NCBI GenBank assembly: GCA_016748015.1
Contig: JAAOMT010000258.1
Coordinates: 374,173 to 438,172 of the forward strand
Source of the DNA: Geosiphon pyriformis uo1
Lineage: Eukaryota; Fungi; Glomeromycota
Direction: 5' to 3'
DNA: 64,000 nt
The notes under the pieces are model-generated. The model saw only the letters and a program-made list of their open reading frames with translations, had not been told where the DNA came from and did not search any database. Position numbers and translations under genes: made by a program. Shown here in pieces: positions 51,597 to 64,000 of this stretch; within the stretch, counting starts at the first letter, position 1, and each line of letters opens with the position of its first letter.

Positions 51597-52259
51597 ATGA
51601 GCTCTCCAACCTTTTCATCGGATCAAACCAATTCAACCCCGCGAGAAGGGGGTACAAAACCTCTTGGAAAAGTGTTAGGTGTCGTAATAATTGCTAGTGT
51701 TCTAATGCTTTTTTGTATTTCATGGACATGCTGGAAATCGATAAAGGAAGCTAAAAAACGACGACGAAATTCAAATACACTTGCACGTGATGCATTATCA
51801 GCAATAAATCGTGCTAGAGGTCTTGGTGACGGCGGTGGTGGTGGTGGTGGTAGTGGTGATGGTGGTGGTGGTAATCAAGGGTATAGAGAGAGTGATGCTG
51901 CGTCGATCGAAACTTTTTTACCTGCATATGATGGAGTGAATTTACCGGAATATAAAGAGAGAATGGAAGAGAATGATGATGGTCATGATCATGATCATGA
52001 TGATGCAAATAGGAATCAAGGAGAAGATGGGATGGTTCGTATTCGAGTTGAAGATGATGAAGAGAACGACTCAAGGAATGAGATTCGTGATGGTGAGATC
52101 AATGATGAGAGGGGAAATGGTCAAGCTGACATTGAACCAAGAAGAGAAGCAAATAATGAAAGTGAAAATCTGCAAACTTCAATAAACATTGCTGAAGAAG
52201 TAGAGAATGAAAATGGGAATAATAATACTCTGAGAAATCTTTCAGAGCTTCCCCCGTGA
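51597..52259 (+). CDS. Single-pass membrane protein with tandem LPxY motifs, poly-Gly linker and acidic tail, copy C (220 aa)
   Basis: TM 'VLGVVIIASVLMLFCISWTCW', 'KKRRR', 'FLPAYDGVNLPEY'. Confidence 0.85.
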   Translation: MSSPTFSSDQTNSTPREGGTKPLGKVLGVVIIASVLMLFCISWTCWKSIKEAKKRRRNSNTLARDALSAINRARGLGDGGGGGGGSGDGGGGNQGYRESDAASIETFLPAYDGVNLPEYKERMEENDDGHDHDHDDANRNQGEDGMVRIRVEDDEENDSRNEIRDGEINDERGNGQADIEPRREANNESENLQTSINIAEEVENENGNNNTLRNLSELPP

Positions 52260-54794
52260 GTCAAAATTTTGGAAAATTTATATTTCAATGCTGAATTTTG
52301 GAATTTAAACTTTGTTTGGATTATAAATCTTGATTGTATATAAATTATTCTAGTGACTAATGCCGAAAATTGGATCAAATCATCTTGAATATTATGAAAA
52401 GGAAAAAGATCAAGGATTTTATTCGATTCAAAAGACTTCTCATTTACACGTTTATGATTGAGCGACCAGGAGTGATTCACCCCTGTTAGGCTTCTTTTGT
52501 AACAACCATTTTTAGCAAATGAGAATTAATATCCCATTTCAAGGTTTTTCAATCTAGCCTTTTAGTTTAATAATAATACTCTAACAAGCATTTAAGCTTA
52601 ATAATTTAAATTTTTATTTTAGAATTTTAAACATGGATCAAATAGGTTAACACCTCTTGTTCTTTGTTCTTTAGCTCTATTTGTTTAATAATGTATTATT
52701 ATGACATTTTGTACCATTTAAACCAAAATTTTTTCAATTAAAGCCATTTAGTTAACTAAAAATCATGTTTTTTATTTCTGCTTTTTGAGCTTTTACAATT
52801 ACTATTATTACTCAAGTGTCAAATTATTATGAAACAATTTGGAATTTTTTAATTTGTATTGAAATTTATGAAAGTTTGGATGATTAGTTGTCAATTTACC
52901 TATGTAAATAATTTGGAAACTGGAATTTTTTTTAAAGGTAAATATTTTCAAAATATCATTCAAACATGATATAATTTTTTTGATGATGGGATTGTATCCA
53001 AGAATTAATTTCGTCGTAACAAGAAACAACACAATTCCCATTAAATTGAAAAATAACCTTTTAGGTTAATACTGACAGGTGTCCTTGAGACATGGTAGTA
53101 AAACTTCTTTCCCATTTGTAGAACAACTTTTTTTGTTGAATACTAATTCCTAATCATAATTTCAATCACGAGGATACCTATTTCTCGTTGAATATTGGTA
53201 ACTATCTTCATAAATAAAAGAGATTTTACGTTTTAAAATTTTGATATTTTAAAATTCGTATACAGTTTCATTTATTTGACGAACGCAATGTAAAAAAAAA
53301 CCTTTGGGAGTTGATTTCGATGATTATCACAGACCGAACCAACTAAAATGGCATTCCCACTGTCTGAATCGATTGAATCGATCATTGAAATACAAAAATT
53401 GTCAATTATGACCTATTAAAAACATTCAATTAATGCATATAAACAGATTCATGAAACAAAGCCCTCAGAAATATCCTTTGAGCGCCATTTACATTATGTT
53501 TTATAACTTCACTGTAACTGTATAAAAGCAAAAAGGTATTAAAAGGTAAAAATTAAAAATAATAATAATTGTTATCTTTTTCCTTTATCTTATCATAATC
53601 AATGATATCTTTTAGTTAATAATTCCTTCCTTTTAATTTGTAATCCTATCGATTAATAATCCTTCTGATTAATTATCATTCTAATTTCAGTTAATCATCT
53701 TTTAAATTAATTGATTATCTTGCAGTTAATCATTCCTTCTCTTCAATTAATTAAAAATATGATCCATTTATTTATCTTCTTAGTTATCAATATTTTTTTA
53801 ATTTATATATCATAATTTATTAGTGAAAATTTGAACCAAAAAATATTATGAACGTAGATTCGGTTTTTATTATTAATTTATTATAATAATATTATTTTTA
53901 ATTTAATATTCAATTTATAAATTATTAATTATTTAAATAAAAAATTGGCTACAAGTTATTAAAAAATTTCAGTACACATATTTTTCAAATATTGAAATGA
54001 ATTAACATATTATATATATGTTTGTATTTAAAAACATTTAAAAATAATAAAATTGTTATTGTTATTTAAAATTTACTTTTTGTACTTTAAGTACATATAG
54101 TAAATATAAACTTTTTTGATTTTAATGACAAAATTAAATTAATAAAAACTTTTATAATGTTAAAAAAATCATAAAAAGTGCATATTAGTGCCAGTAATAA
54201 AAAGTGCACAAAAATTTAAAACAATAATAATAAAAAATTAAAATTAGAGGTTTTGAAATCAAAAAAAAAATATAGAAAAAATTTTCTTTATAAATATTCT
54301 GTTTAATTGAAATGCAATTTTAGGAATGAAACAAGAGTATTAAAAATAAAAAATACAAGAAAAAAGAGTATAATAATTATCGATCATCTTGAAACAACTG
54401 TTTAATAATAGTCAAGTTCAACCCATCCTGTTTAAAATAATTATTTAATATAATACTACATTTTTTAAAAAAATAGTTAATTGACTTAACTAGCTAATTT
54501 CGATTTATTTTCAAAAAGGAAAATGAGATTTATATTATTATTTAGATAAACAAAAAATGGAAATTTAGGTTATATTATTATATTTAGATAAATAAATTCA
54601 CTCGCTCACTATCAAATAGGTTAAGCTAAAATGTAAATTTTCATGAAGTTATCTTTTCTAAATACATTATTACTAAATTCCAATTACCCAATTACATGCT
54701 CATTAAAATTTAAAACTTATATAATTTCTGGAGAACATTATTAAATTTGAACTGATATCTTGAAAAATCATATAAGTGTTCCCTTCTGTCAATT

Positions 54795-55076
54795 TCATAT
54801 GATAATCTCTGCTTGTACATATTCAGGACTTATACATCTTTTCTCTCGCTGTCTCATTTGATTCTCAGCATCTCTTCTTTCTCGTCGTTGTCGAAGACGG
54901 CGTAGCCAACTACTAACCACCCACCCGATTCCAAAAAGTAATAGTATTATAAAAATAACCAGTACGATACTTGCTAATCCTTTGTTGATACTACTTTCCG
55001 GTATTGATGCTTGGATCTCCGAGGTCGTTGAGTTGGACATTGAAAAGGATGCTTGAGATGAATTGTTTGATGGCAT
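54795..55076 (-). CDS. Small single-pass membrane protein, probable diverged copy D (93 aa)
   Basis: Ser-rich N-terminus, TM 'KGLASIVLVIFIILLLFGIGWVVSSW', Arg-rich juxtamembrane region, ends 'ISPEYVQAEIII'. Confidence 0.7.
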   Translation of the reverse strand: MPSNNSSQASFSMSNSTTSEIQASIPESSINKGLASIVLVIFIILLLFGIGWVVSSWLRRLRQRRERRDAENQMRQREKRCISPEYVQAEIII

Positions 55077-56740
55077 ATAAAAAGACAATGTTTTGAAGGG
55101 TTCTTTTTGTTTTACTAAGCTTCTTATTGTTTCTTTAATTATATTTGGGCTTTCTAGAATTGTTAAAGGTAGGAAGAAAAAGGTTCTTTAACAGGGATTT
55201 TTCAAATTTCGTAATTTTTTAAAGGTTTTTATTTCTCAAACTTTCCCTCTTGGAAGAAAAGAAATCTCAACAATTAAAGGACCGTTTATTCTTTGAACAA
55301 GAGATGTTTAAATGTATATATAATTTACTCAAAGAAGATTAAATAAGTAGTATTCTCAATACCCCTTGAATTTTAGCAGTAGCAGCACAAATTTCACATG
55401 AAAAATATTTCAGAAAATTGTTTTAATAAACCATTTTCGTCACCAACATTCAATGTTTCAGTGTAAAGATATAAGTAATTAATCGAATTAATCTATTTAT
55501 ACATTTCTGACCACAAATGACCTTAGAAGAAGTTTGAAAAAAGGCGGAATAAATAATTGGCAAATTTAGGTTCAACCCTTTCGAGAAACACGTTATCTGG
55601 GTTTGTTATTATTACTATATCCGAATTGGCTCTTAATAAAATTGTGTCACTACTTATTAGTGCCAATTTGCGTAACCATCCAATTTCAGTTGGCTAGATA
55701 TCAAATGATCTGCATTGCGTTCCGAGCAGTGAATGATGATTTTGCATAAAGTTTATGCTGTGAAAATAACATAGTGAAGTAAACACACACTGTCCATCAT
55801 AATAATAATTTCGAAAGAGATGCTTCTAATTAAGTGGGATCATTGAAGGAAATAAAATTTGACTTATTTATTAAGCTAAAGACAACCTGTTTGGTTGTAA
55901 CTTTAATTAAAAAAAACCAATCTTGGGTAAAAATAGAATGATTAATTGTAAAAGAACATATTATCTATCAGTTTCCTTGAAGGAATATTTCTTTGCCTAT
56001 AAATAAAAATCATATAAGGAATTTAATTAAGATAATAATTTTCTTGTTAGAAGATGAATTTTAATTCGAAATAAGATAGATCATCCAAAAACAGAGCGAC
56101 TCAAATGATATTTGTGATCTGTATCTTAATATATTAATATAAATTTTTCATTAAAAGGTGCTGTTTGTGATGATATAAATAAAAAAGATGGAACGATTCA
56201 AGTTCATAGATAAAAAGACTTGTAGCAATTTTTATGAAATGACAAAGCATCCTGTATTACATTTATTAAGAAAAAGTTAATTTTCAGATACCATGTTTTT
56301 GTGACATATCTTTATAGATAGATAATATCCTTTTTTTGAAAGTGAATCAATTAACAATTAAAACATGTTCTAATTTAATAAGCTCATAACTTAAAAAAAT
56401 TGGGAAAATGTTAATAAAAGCAATTGATATGGAGTTTTTTACAAAAATTTGGTTAAAAACCTTCATGTTTCTAGATTATGGGAAATTTTTAAAAATCTTT
56501 ATAAAAAGAAAAATATATTTTCAAAAATAAAAGGTTTAGAAACTCAAAATTCAAAATTAATTTCTTATTATAGAACTTTTCAATATTATTTATCTTTTAA
56601 TAATTTTTCTATATATTCAAAATTTAACTAATAGAAAATTATATTCATAAGGAACTTTTGATTAAACTTTGAACTTTTTACAATCACTTTTGCTATGTTA
56701 AATACCAAAAAAAGATTGTTGAAAATTGATATTTAAAGAA

Positions 56741-56772
<32 letters not shown>

Positions 56773-57687
56773 TGTGATAAAACTTGTTTTAAGTTTCAAA
56801 TCTTATTACTAAAGAGTTTGATTCTAATTATTTGATCATATTATTGTTAATAAACAGAGGCCAAAATAATAATAATAATAATAATAATTGATAACCGTTT
56901 AAAATTTTAAAGATATTTTACATCTAAATTTCTTTAGTAAAAGATGTTTTAGATTCATTTTCAAAAAAGTTCATTACTTGAAAAATTAATCATTGTTTGA
57001 GTAAGGAAAATTTTCGTTTTAAACAGAATTTAGATTGGAAAATATCCAATTGACTAATTATTAAAGATTTTTTTGTTTTGGTATTTTTTCCTTTTGAAAT
57101 TTCATCAGATAGGGAATATGGGATCAATTTTTTTTAGATAGGGTTTCAAATGTGAATATTTCAAAATTATATCCCTTTTTCATTCATTTTGACCAGTGAA
57201 TCAAGATCCATATAGCTGAAACTTTAAAAACGTTATTATGGAAAAATTTTGTTTCAAAGTTTTCTTTCTTTAAATTCAGGAATGTAAACAAAAGAACGTT
57301 ATATTTGGACAATAGAATCACAACATTTATTGAATATCGAGAAATTAATAAAGGGGGAACCTGACTGATCTTTTGAATCGTAAAACACAAATTACCTACC
57401 TATAATAGAAGTCGAACAAATTTTTCTGATCGGTAGTGATTCCTGTAGTGTATGGTGTATATATATTTTCTAGTGGATAAGGGGGTAATTGCAATTTAAA
57501 CCCAAGTATTTGCATTTCTGGGCTTGGTTGCCACATTCAACCCCTTCATTTACCTTCACAACCTTGATCCTACCCTGGGATTGAACTAACTGTATCTGTT
57601 GAAAGCGATATGCATATACATATACTTCAGATAATTTTTATATTCACAGGAGAATTTCAGATGTAAACTTACCTCCTGTAGACAGGA

Positions 57688-57688
57688 G

Positions 57689-57732
<44 letters not shown>
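57688..57732. repeat. Compound (AC)n(AT)n microsatellite
   Basis: acacac...atatat directly visible; another (AT)n at about 56740-56768. Confidence 0.9.
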
Positions 57733-58396
57733 TGTTCATTCCCAACACGATAATATCTTCCCGCATCTTACCCTCTCTTTGCTTAGCATGATCTTTGATA
57801 TAGCTACCCACTCCAGTACCCGCACAAAATCGTAGGGTCCCGGCGGAGAAATTTCATCAATCACGGGCAACATAGTTGCGATGGCTCCCTTCAAAAAAGT
57901 TAAATAGGAAGAAAGATATCAATATCAAACATACTTTTAGCGAATTCTCTTCGGATACTTTCGAACCTACCTTCTCTTCGCCCCTCCCAATTAATTTAGT
58001 CACACACCTTCTTGAGGGGCTGAAGGTTTCAACTTACCAGAAAATATCTCATGCCAGTCATTGAGTAAGTAGTATTCAGGACGGACAGTGATCTGTCATC
58101 TTGAATAGCCTAACGATACTTAACTTATCGGTTAAAATTTATTATTGATTGATCAATCAATTTGCTCAAATAGAATGTCGTGCTTACAAAAGATGATCAA
58201 CTTGATATAATTTTATTAAAAATTGACAATATGGGAATACTTAATAGGGTGTGATATAAATGTTGATGCATTCTAATACTCTTTTTTAGACTTTAAAATG
58301 CGATTATCTTGCTATTTACATTGAGCCACCAAGTGAAGTTAAAAATGAGAGACGATGCTTTGAAATGGTATATTTTTTAACCAAATTTCTAAATCA

Positions 58397-59277
58397 TTAG
58401 AGAAGAGTTAACCCGGGAGCCAAAAAGGCAAATAACACCGTGAAACTGACAATGTAATGAGCCATGGAAGCCGCGAATTTCGGGGTGCTATTAGTAGTCT
58501 CGGTAGAGGTACTAGTCTCATTTTTTTTAGTAGTGGTACCTTCCTCACTATTTTCAGTACCATTCTCAGTTTTTGGCGTAGCAGCCTCTGTACTGGAACT
58601 GCTTTCACTAGTTGCCGAACTTGAAGAATGATCACCATTTGTGGCCGTGGCCCTAAATAAGAAGGAAACTAAGGGTTTAGAAATAAACTCAACGTTTCAT
58701 AATAAAAACTTTAAACTTACGTTGTTGATGTTGATGTAGCTGTGGCGCTGTTTTTCGCATCTACTACAGCACTAGTTTTTGATGCGCTACTAACAGTTCC
58801 TGAGGATTCGGGTGCGTTGGCTCCGGTATCACTTGAACTGTTTCCGTTAGCTCCGACACCATTTTGACCGTTTCCGTTTCCATTGGCTCCGATACTATTT
58901 GGATCGTTTCCGTTGGCTCCGACACCATTTTGACCGTTTCCGTTTCCATTGGCTCCGTTACCATTCGAACCTTGTGGTGATCTCCTATTAAAGGTAAAAA
59001 AAATTCATGAAATCTCATTAGCCTTGAAATAAGGTATTTTGAATGAGTATGACCAGCCAGAGAATTAAGGAAATAAAATCTTACTACAGTTCCTGAAGAA
59101 CTGTAGGATTTAATATGTAGATTGAAGTTTCAAAAACTATATATCACACATTATTTTAGAATAATATAATGCCTAAATAATTTTTTAAACAAACCTCAAT
59201 AATCTGGCATTGACTTCATAAAATTGAGAAATTGTCAAGATAGCAATTGAAAAAAAGATGATTAAATAAAACTTCAT
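58397..59277 (-). CDS. Secreted, probably GPI-anchored Gly/Asn-repeat and Ser/Thr-rich cell-surface protein
   Basis: Signal peptide MKFYLIIFFSIAILTISQFYEVNA; spliced 'RLLRRSPQGSNGNGANGNGNGQNGVGANGN...'; S/T/E-rich stalk; C-terminus 'TNSTPKFAASMAHYIVSFTVLFAFLAPGLTLL*'. The ORF track shows other frames. Confidence 0.82.
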
Positions 59278-61049
59278 TTTTTATAATTAAAGTTGAATTA
59301 ACGTTCGTATAGAAAGAAGAAAAATTTTCCGATGATTTAGGGTAAGGAAACTCAATAAACTGAAAATTCCATTTTTATCTCATTTTCTACTCTCATATAT
59401 ATAGTGTCCTTTGGAATCCCGTTTTTCAATTGATAAAACCTTACTAAATATCTGGCTTAGTAGCTAAAGCGTTGCAGGCTATGTGAAGCCCATTGAACGA
59501 TCATCTAAATCCTTATCAGTATTAAATATTAAGAATTTGATTATAAGCCACGCATTTGGTTTCAAAGCCTCGAAAAATAAGTTTGGCCAAGTATTTTTAA
59601 CGATTAATTCATTGTGACATGAGATTAAAAAGGCTTTGAGCTATTCATCGGCGAAAGTTGTGACAGGATTTTAAAATATTGATATATCCTCTTAATTTTC
59701 AGGAAAAACACAATAAAAATTTTTTTGGGGATTTCATTGTATTAAAGATTCATCTATTTTTAGTTAAGAAAAAATATCATCGAGGCTTGGATTATTCAAT
59801 TCCAAGCAAATAACGTGACTTGTAGTTTCTTTCTATTTCATTTATTTCAGATTAATATGCAAAGGTGTGTCTTATGGGGGGGCTTTTGATTATCTGAAGA
59901 CTGATTAATCAATTTAAGTAACAAAGGCTTTCTTTCTAACTTTTGAAATGAGCGATAAAAAAAAGAAAATCCAACCCAATGAGCCACTTTTAGTTGTATG
60001 AACACAGCCTTTGATTAACAGTAAATATTGCCCATTTTTTCAGGATCAAAAAATATTACAAAATACGATAAACACAATCGATACAAATTTAGAAAGGCTC
60101 TTTTTGCCTCAAAATCTTTGGCTTAGCTGATCATAATGAAGATAACCGGGATATTCTTATCACCACATCCCACACATTCAAATGAATTCATTCGAAAAAT
60201 ATTTTTTTTTTCACGTCAAGACACAAAAAAATTGCGAATTTTTCCAAATTCATTTTAGGGTTATCTTCTTAATCGCTTGTTGACACATGAAAGTATTCAT
60301 AAATTTTAATTTCATTTCGTAACATAAATTGATCAATAATTTTGATCATATTGGCATTTTACAAACCCTCCTCTTTTTTCAAATAAAAATGATTATTAGA
60401 TCTCTCATGAAAAAAGAATTAGTTTAAAAAAAAAATGAATCATTTTAAATCAATTTATTTTGAATTGATGGGAACATAGCTGTGTATTTGTTGAACTTTT
60501 AATAAAAATGACCAAACACTTTTTTTTATATCAGCAAGAGTTTTCTGATTTATTAGAGAATTGATAAAATTTTATTGTGAAGATGGGTTTTCTAGATTTC
60601 TATTTTCTTTTATTTTAAATCCAAAGTATAAAAAATTTTAAATCTGAGGTATTTCCCGTTTGAGAAATATAGAATTAACCACCTCAAATGGTTCATAAAA
60701 TTAGGACCAAGAATTTACTTTTTTTGATTCAATACTTAAGCATAGCCTGCTTCAAAAATAGGTTTCTTTCGACAAGGGTAAAAGCTTTGAAACATAAATG
60801 GGTAGTGATACCAATTTTATCTCGTTTCGTTTATTATTAATAAGAATTAGGTGAGTCCTTGATAATATTTTTTTCTCAGCCCTCCGTTATACAAATTTTT
60901 AGAGCTAAAGTTTGATGATGAGTCTGGGCTTTGAACAGTTTTCTTTTACTGCTTAAATGCTAGGGTGCGAATTTTACTTCTTCTGGTGGCTGATCATTTT
61001 AATATGCAGCGCCAATTGATAGATGAAAGAAAAAAGTTGGTGACACCAA

Positions 61050-63600
61050 TAAAAATCAATTTGAAAAATAAAGGAATTAATTAAAAAGTTAAAATAAAAT
61101 ACAAGTATAAATTTTTTTTAAAAAATTTTTAATCTAAAATTATAAGAATATATTTTTTTATTAAATATTTTAAATTTTCATTAATTAACAAAAAACAACT
61201 TAATAAACTATTGTTTTTTAAAAAAAAAATTATATTGAAATTTTTCAAAAATAAAAAAGCCAATTTTGATATTAAAAATACATTTTATATTACATAAATT
61301 AACTATTTATATAAATTTTTGTTTGTTCATGGTAAAATTGTACAAGTTTCAACTTTGTACAATTATTATATATATTTTTTATTAAGCAATATCCAATTGT
61401 TATCTATATACATAAAACATATGTTTATTGTTTTTTAATATAATTATAAAATAAAATTTGCAGTCTATTGTTAATTACAAAACTCAGGTTAATTTCATAT
61501 CTAAAAATGTTTGTAAAAAATTGAACTGTTTAATCAGAAAAAAATTGACAAATTTGCTTAAAGACTTTTTAAGTAAAAAATTGCATTATTTTTTATTGTA
61601 TGGCTTAAAATCTTTTAAACAAGCAAAAGCTAAGAAAAAGATGTTTTTAGTAATAAAGTTTTTAAATACTATAAGAATTTTTAATAGATTTTTTAGACAT
61701 AAATTGTTGAATTTGCAGATTTTTAAAATAAGTATTCTAGAATTTGTTATAGTTTTCTGTAAAGCTAAGAATTAATATTATAAATAATTTTTTAATGGGA
61801 ATTACCAGAGTTTTTTTTGGATTGTAATGTCATTTTGACTAATAATATGTTTAATGTATTTTATTTTTGTTATTATATTCTGGTAATAAATATTTTGTAA
61901 CATTTTGAATATTTTAAAATAAAAAGTTTTTCTAAATAATTATAAAATATGTTTTATATGTAAAATATTTTCCTATTAAAAGCATTTAGATCTCAAAAAC
62001 TCAGTTTTTAATTAGTTTACATGTATATTTCACTCTATTCTAAATGGTAATTTTGTTAAAAAAAAGATGTTTACATTTAATATTGTATATATAAATAAAG
62101 TACATATAATGTATATTATTATAAAATTATTTGTTTTAGTTTAAAAAATGTATATTTGTATATTTATTAATAATTTAGTTAAAAATATTGGTTTATTAAA
62201 TGTTGTAAATAGTATTTTGGCCTATTTTTAAACTTAAATTTGAATATAAAGTAAAAATTTATGGTTTATTGTTATTTATATTGGGTAAATTGCAAACTAT
62301 AACTTTAATATTCAAGTATATATTAGTTTTAAGCAAAAAATTGTTAAATTAATTATTATAAAATGTTTATTAAGCTAAGTTGTAATTAACTATATTTAAT
62401 TTTTGTAACTATTATTAAATAAAACATTATCATATAAGCAATATTTTTTTTTTAAAAAAAGTTTTTGTTATATAATTTAAGATTAAACAAATTTTTATTT
62501 TTAATTAATATCAACGAAAATTTTTTTAATAATTAATAATAAAATATATTTAGTAATACTTAATATTTGTCAAATTAAATAGAAAATTAAACTTAATATT
62601 AAAATGATTAATTTTTTATTAATATAAAATATTAATTAATATTGTATTATCTTGGTTTAATATTCTAATTTTTTCATAATTTTTGAATTTATAGTAGAAT
62701 TACAATTAGTTTGTATATATATATAATAAAATTATTACATAAAAAATAATTTATAACAGTAAAAATAACTTTATTTTGCAAATTATTGTGTATTTAATAT
62801 AATAAAATAGAATTTGGCTGTTTATTAAAAATTATTAAATAAGTATTTTTTATTTTTGCAATTAATAATTGATGTAAGTTTAAGTATTTTTTTGGTATTT
62901 TTAGTTTTTAAAATATGTGTCAACAATAATAATTTATATATAATAATAGTATTAAAATTAATTAATTTTGTTTATATATTAGTAATAAAATATAATAAAT
63001 ATATTTGCTTAAAATTACATTGGAAAAAAAACAGTTTACTACATAATAATAGTTTTGTATTTGTTAATATTTATAATATTTTTATTATTTTGTTAATTAA
63101 TATAATACAAATGCTTAATATTATGAAAAATTATATTGTAAGTTTTGGTTTAAAAGTGTATTATTTGTTCTTTTTTTGATTGAAAAAAAATATTTTATTT
63201 AAAATAATTACATAATTAATCTAAGTAACTAGTTATATGTAGTAAATATATAGTTTATATTTAATTTAAAATATTTGATTGTTATATTATTCAGATAGTA
63301 ATTAGATCTTGTTTATTAACTAAATAAAAAATTAAATTAAATTTTCAATTAATATATAAAATATTTTGCTATATAAATAAGAATTCGATTGGTTTAAGAA
63401 TATATATAATAAAGATATTTTACAATAGGCTATTTATTATTAAAAGAAAAAAAATTTAAAATCATAATTACTCAAATACTTTGTATATAAAATGTGAAAA
63501 GATAAAAAATTTTAACTATGTATTTAAGTATAATTACAATCATAAATTCAGAATTAAAATTCTAAATAATTGTTGAAAAATGTAATATGCTATGAATATT
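61050..63600. mobile_element. AT-rich hypermutated block including a LINE ORF2 post-RT relic at about 61455-61800 (+)
   Basis: 'LQSIVNYKTQVNFISKNVCKKLNCLIRKKL..LLKDFLSKKLHYFLLYGLKSFKQ' resembles the RT-downstream 'LP.DFP..ALH.P.LYGL' segment of non-LTR elements with Pro lost through C>T. Confidence 0.55.
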
Positions 63601-64000
63601 AAGTTGGTTTAATTGATAATTGTTTGAAACATTAACATAATAAAAGACTGTGAATTCAAAAATGATTTTGTAAATTGCTTGGTCTTATATAAAACATTGG
63701 CTAAAGAAATAATGCCAATAAGCTGGTTTGCTAAAACAAAATATTTGTTTGCTAACATTAAGATCATGAAGTATTAAGTGGTAAATTTGATAAAAAATGT
63801 GTTTACTGAACACAAAAACAAAGTCTGATTGTCTATAATGACTCTAAGATCTTTTTTTAAAGTCTGAGAATTAATTAAAGATTTGGATCAAGAACTAATG
63901 GTTAAATAAAATGATAAAACCCAAGTAAATTTGGAATTTTGGTCTTTTGTACAATTACAAGTATATAATTGAAATAAGATTTATCCATAAGTTAATCAAT

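Noticed and set aside
58764-59018. ORF with 'EPMETETVKMVS' repeats; repeat array superficially CRISPR-like
   Set aside because: Alternative frame of the Gly/Asn repeat exon; repeats are contiguous coding units without unique spacers, and there are no cas genes in this eukaryotic DNA.

Overview
Eukaryotic, intron-rich, very AT-rich fungal DNA. The gene families and retroelement types suggest Glomeromycotina/Mucoromycota, possibly Geosiphon/Archaeosporales-like; this is inference. The window has two compartments. (1) Gene islands: the 3' part of a Byr4/Bfa1 GAP gene, a YFH7-like P-loop kinase, and a 32-59 kb accessory island with four MATH-BTB paralogues (one pseudogenised), an F-box/LRR gene, a RUS1/DUF647 gene, four intronless single-pass membrane proteins (three with a conserved tandem LPxY motif) and a Gly/Asn-repeat GPI-anchored protein. 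(2) Extremely AT-rich blocks (about 2.1-15.2, 18.3-22.5, 24-31 and 61-64 kb). Where readable, these are retrotransposon relics eroded by C>T/G>A changes, apparently sparing GpC. They also contain a younger 5'-truncated RNase H-bearing LINE, short LINE 3' ends with a covarying hairpin, and a Tourist-like MITE. Most notable: the apparent ubiquitin-ligase adaptor island (CUL3, SCF and Rsp5-type adaptors) and the RIP-like mutation signature. No rRNA, tRNA or CRISPR array was recognised.
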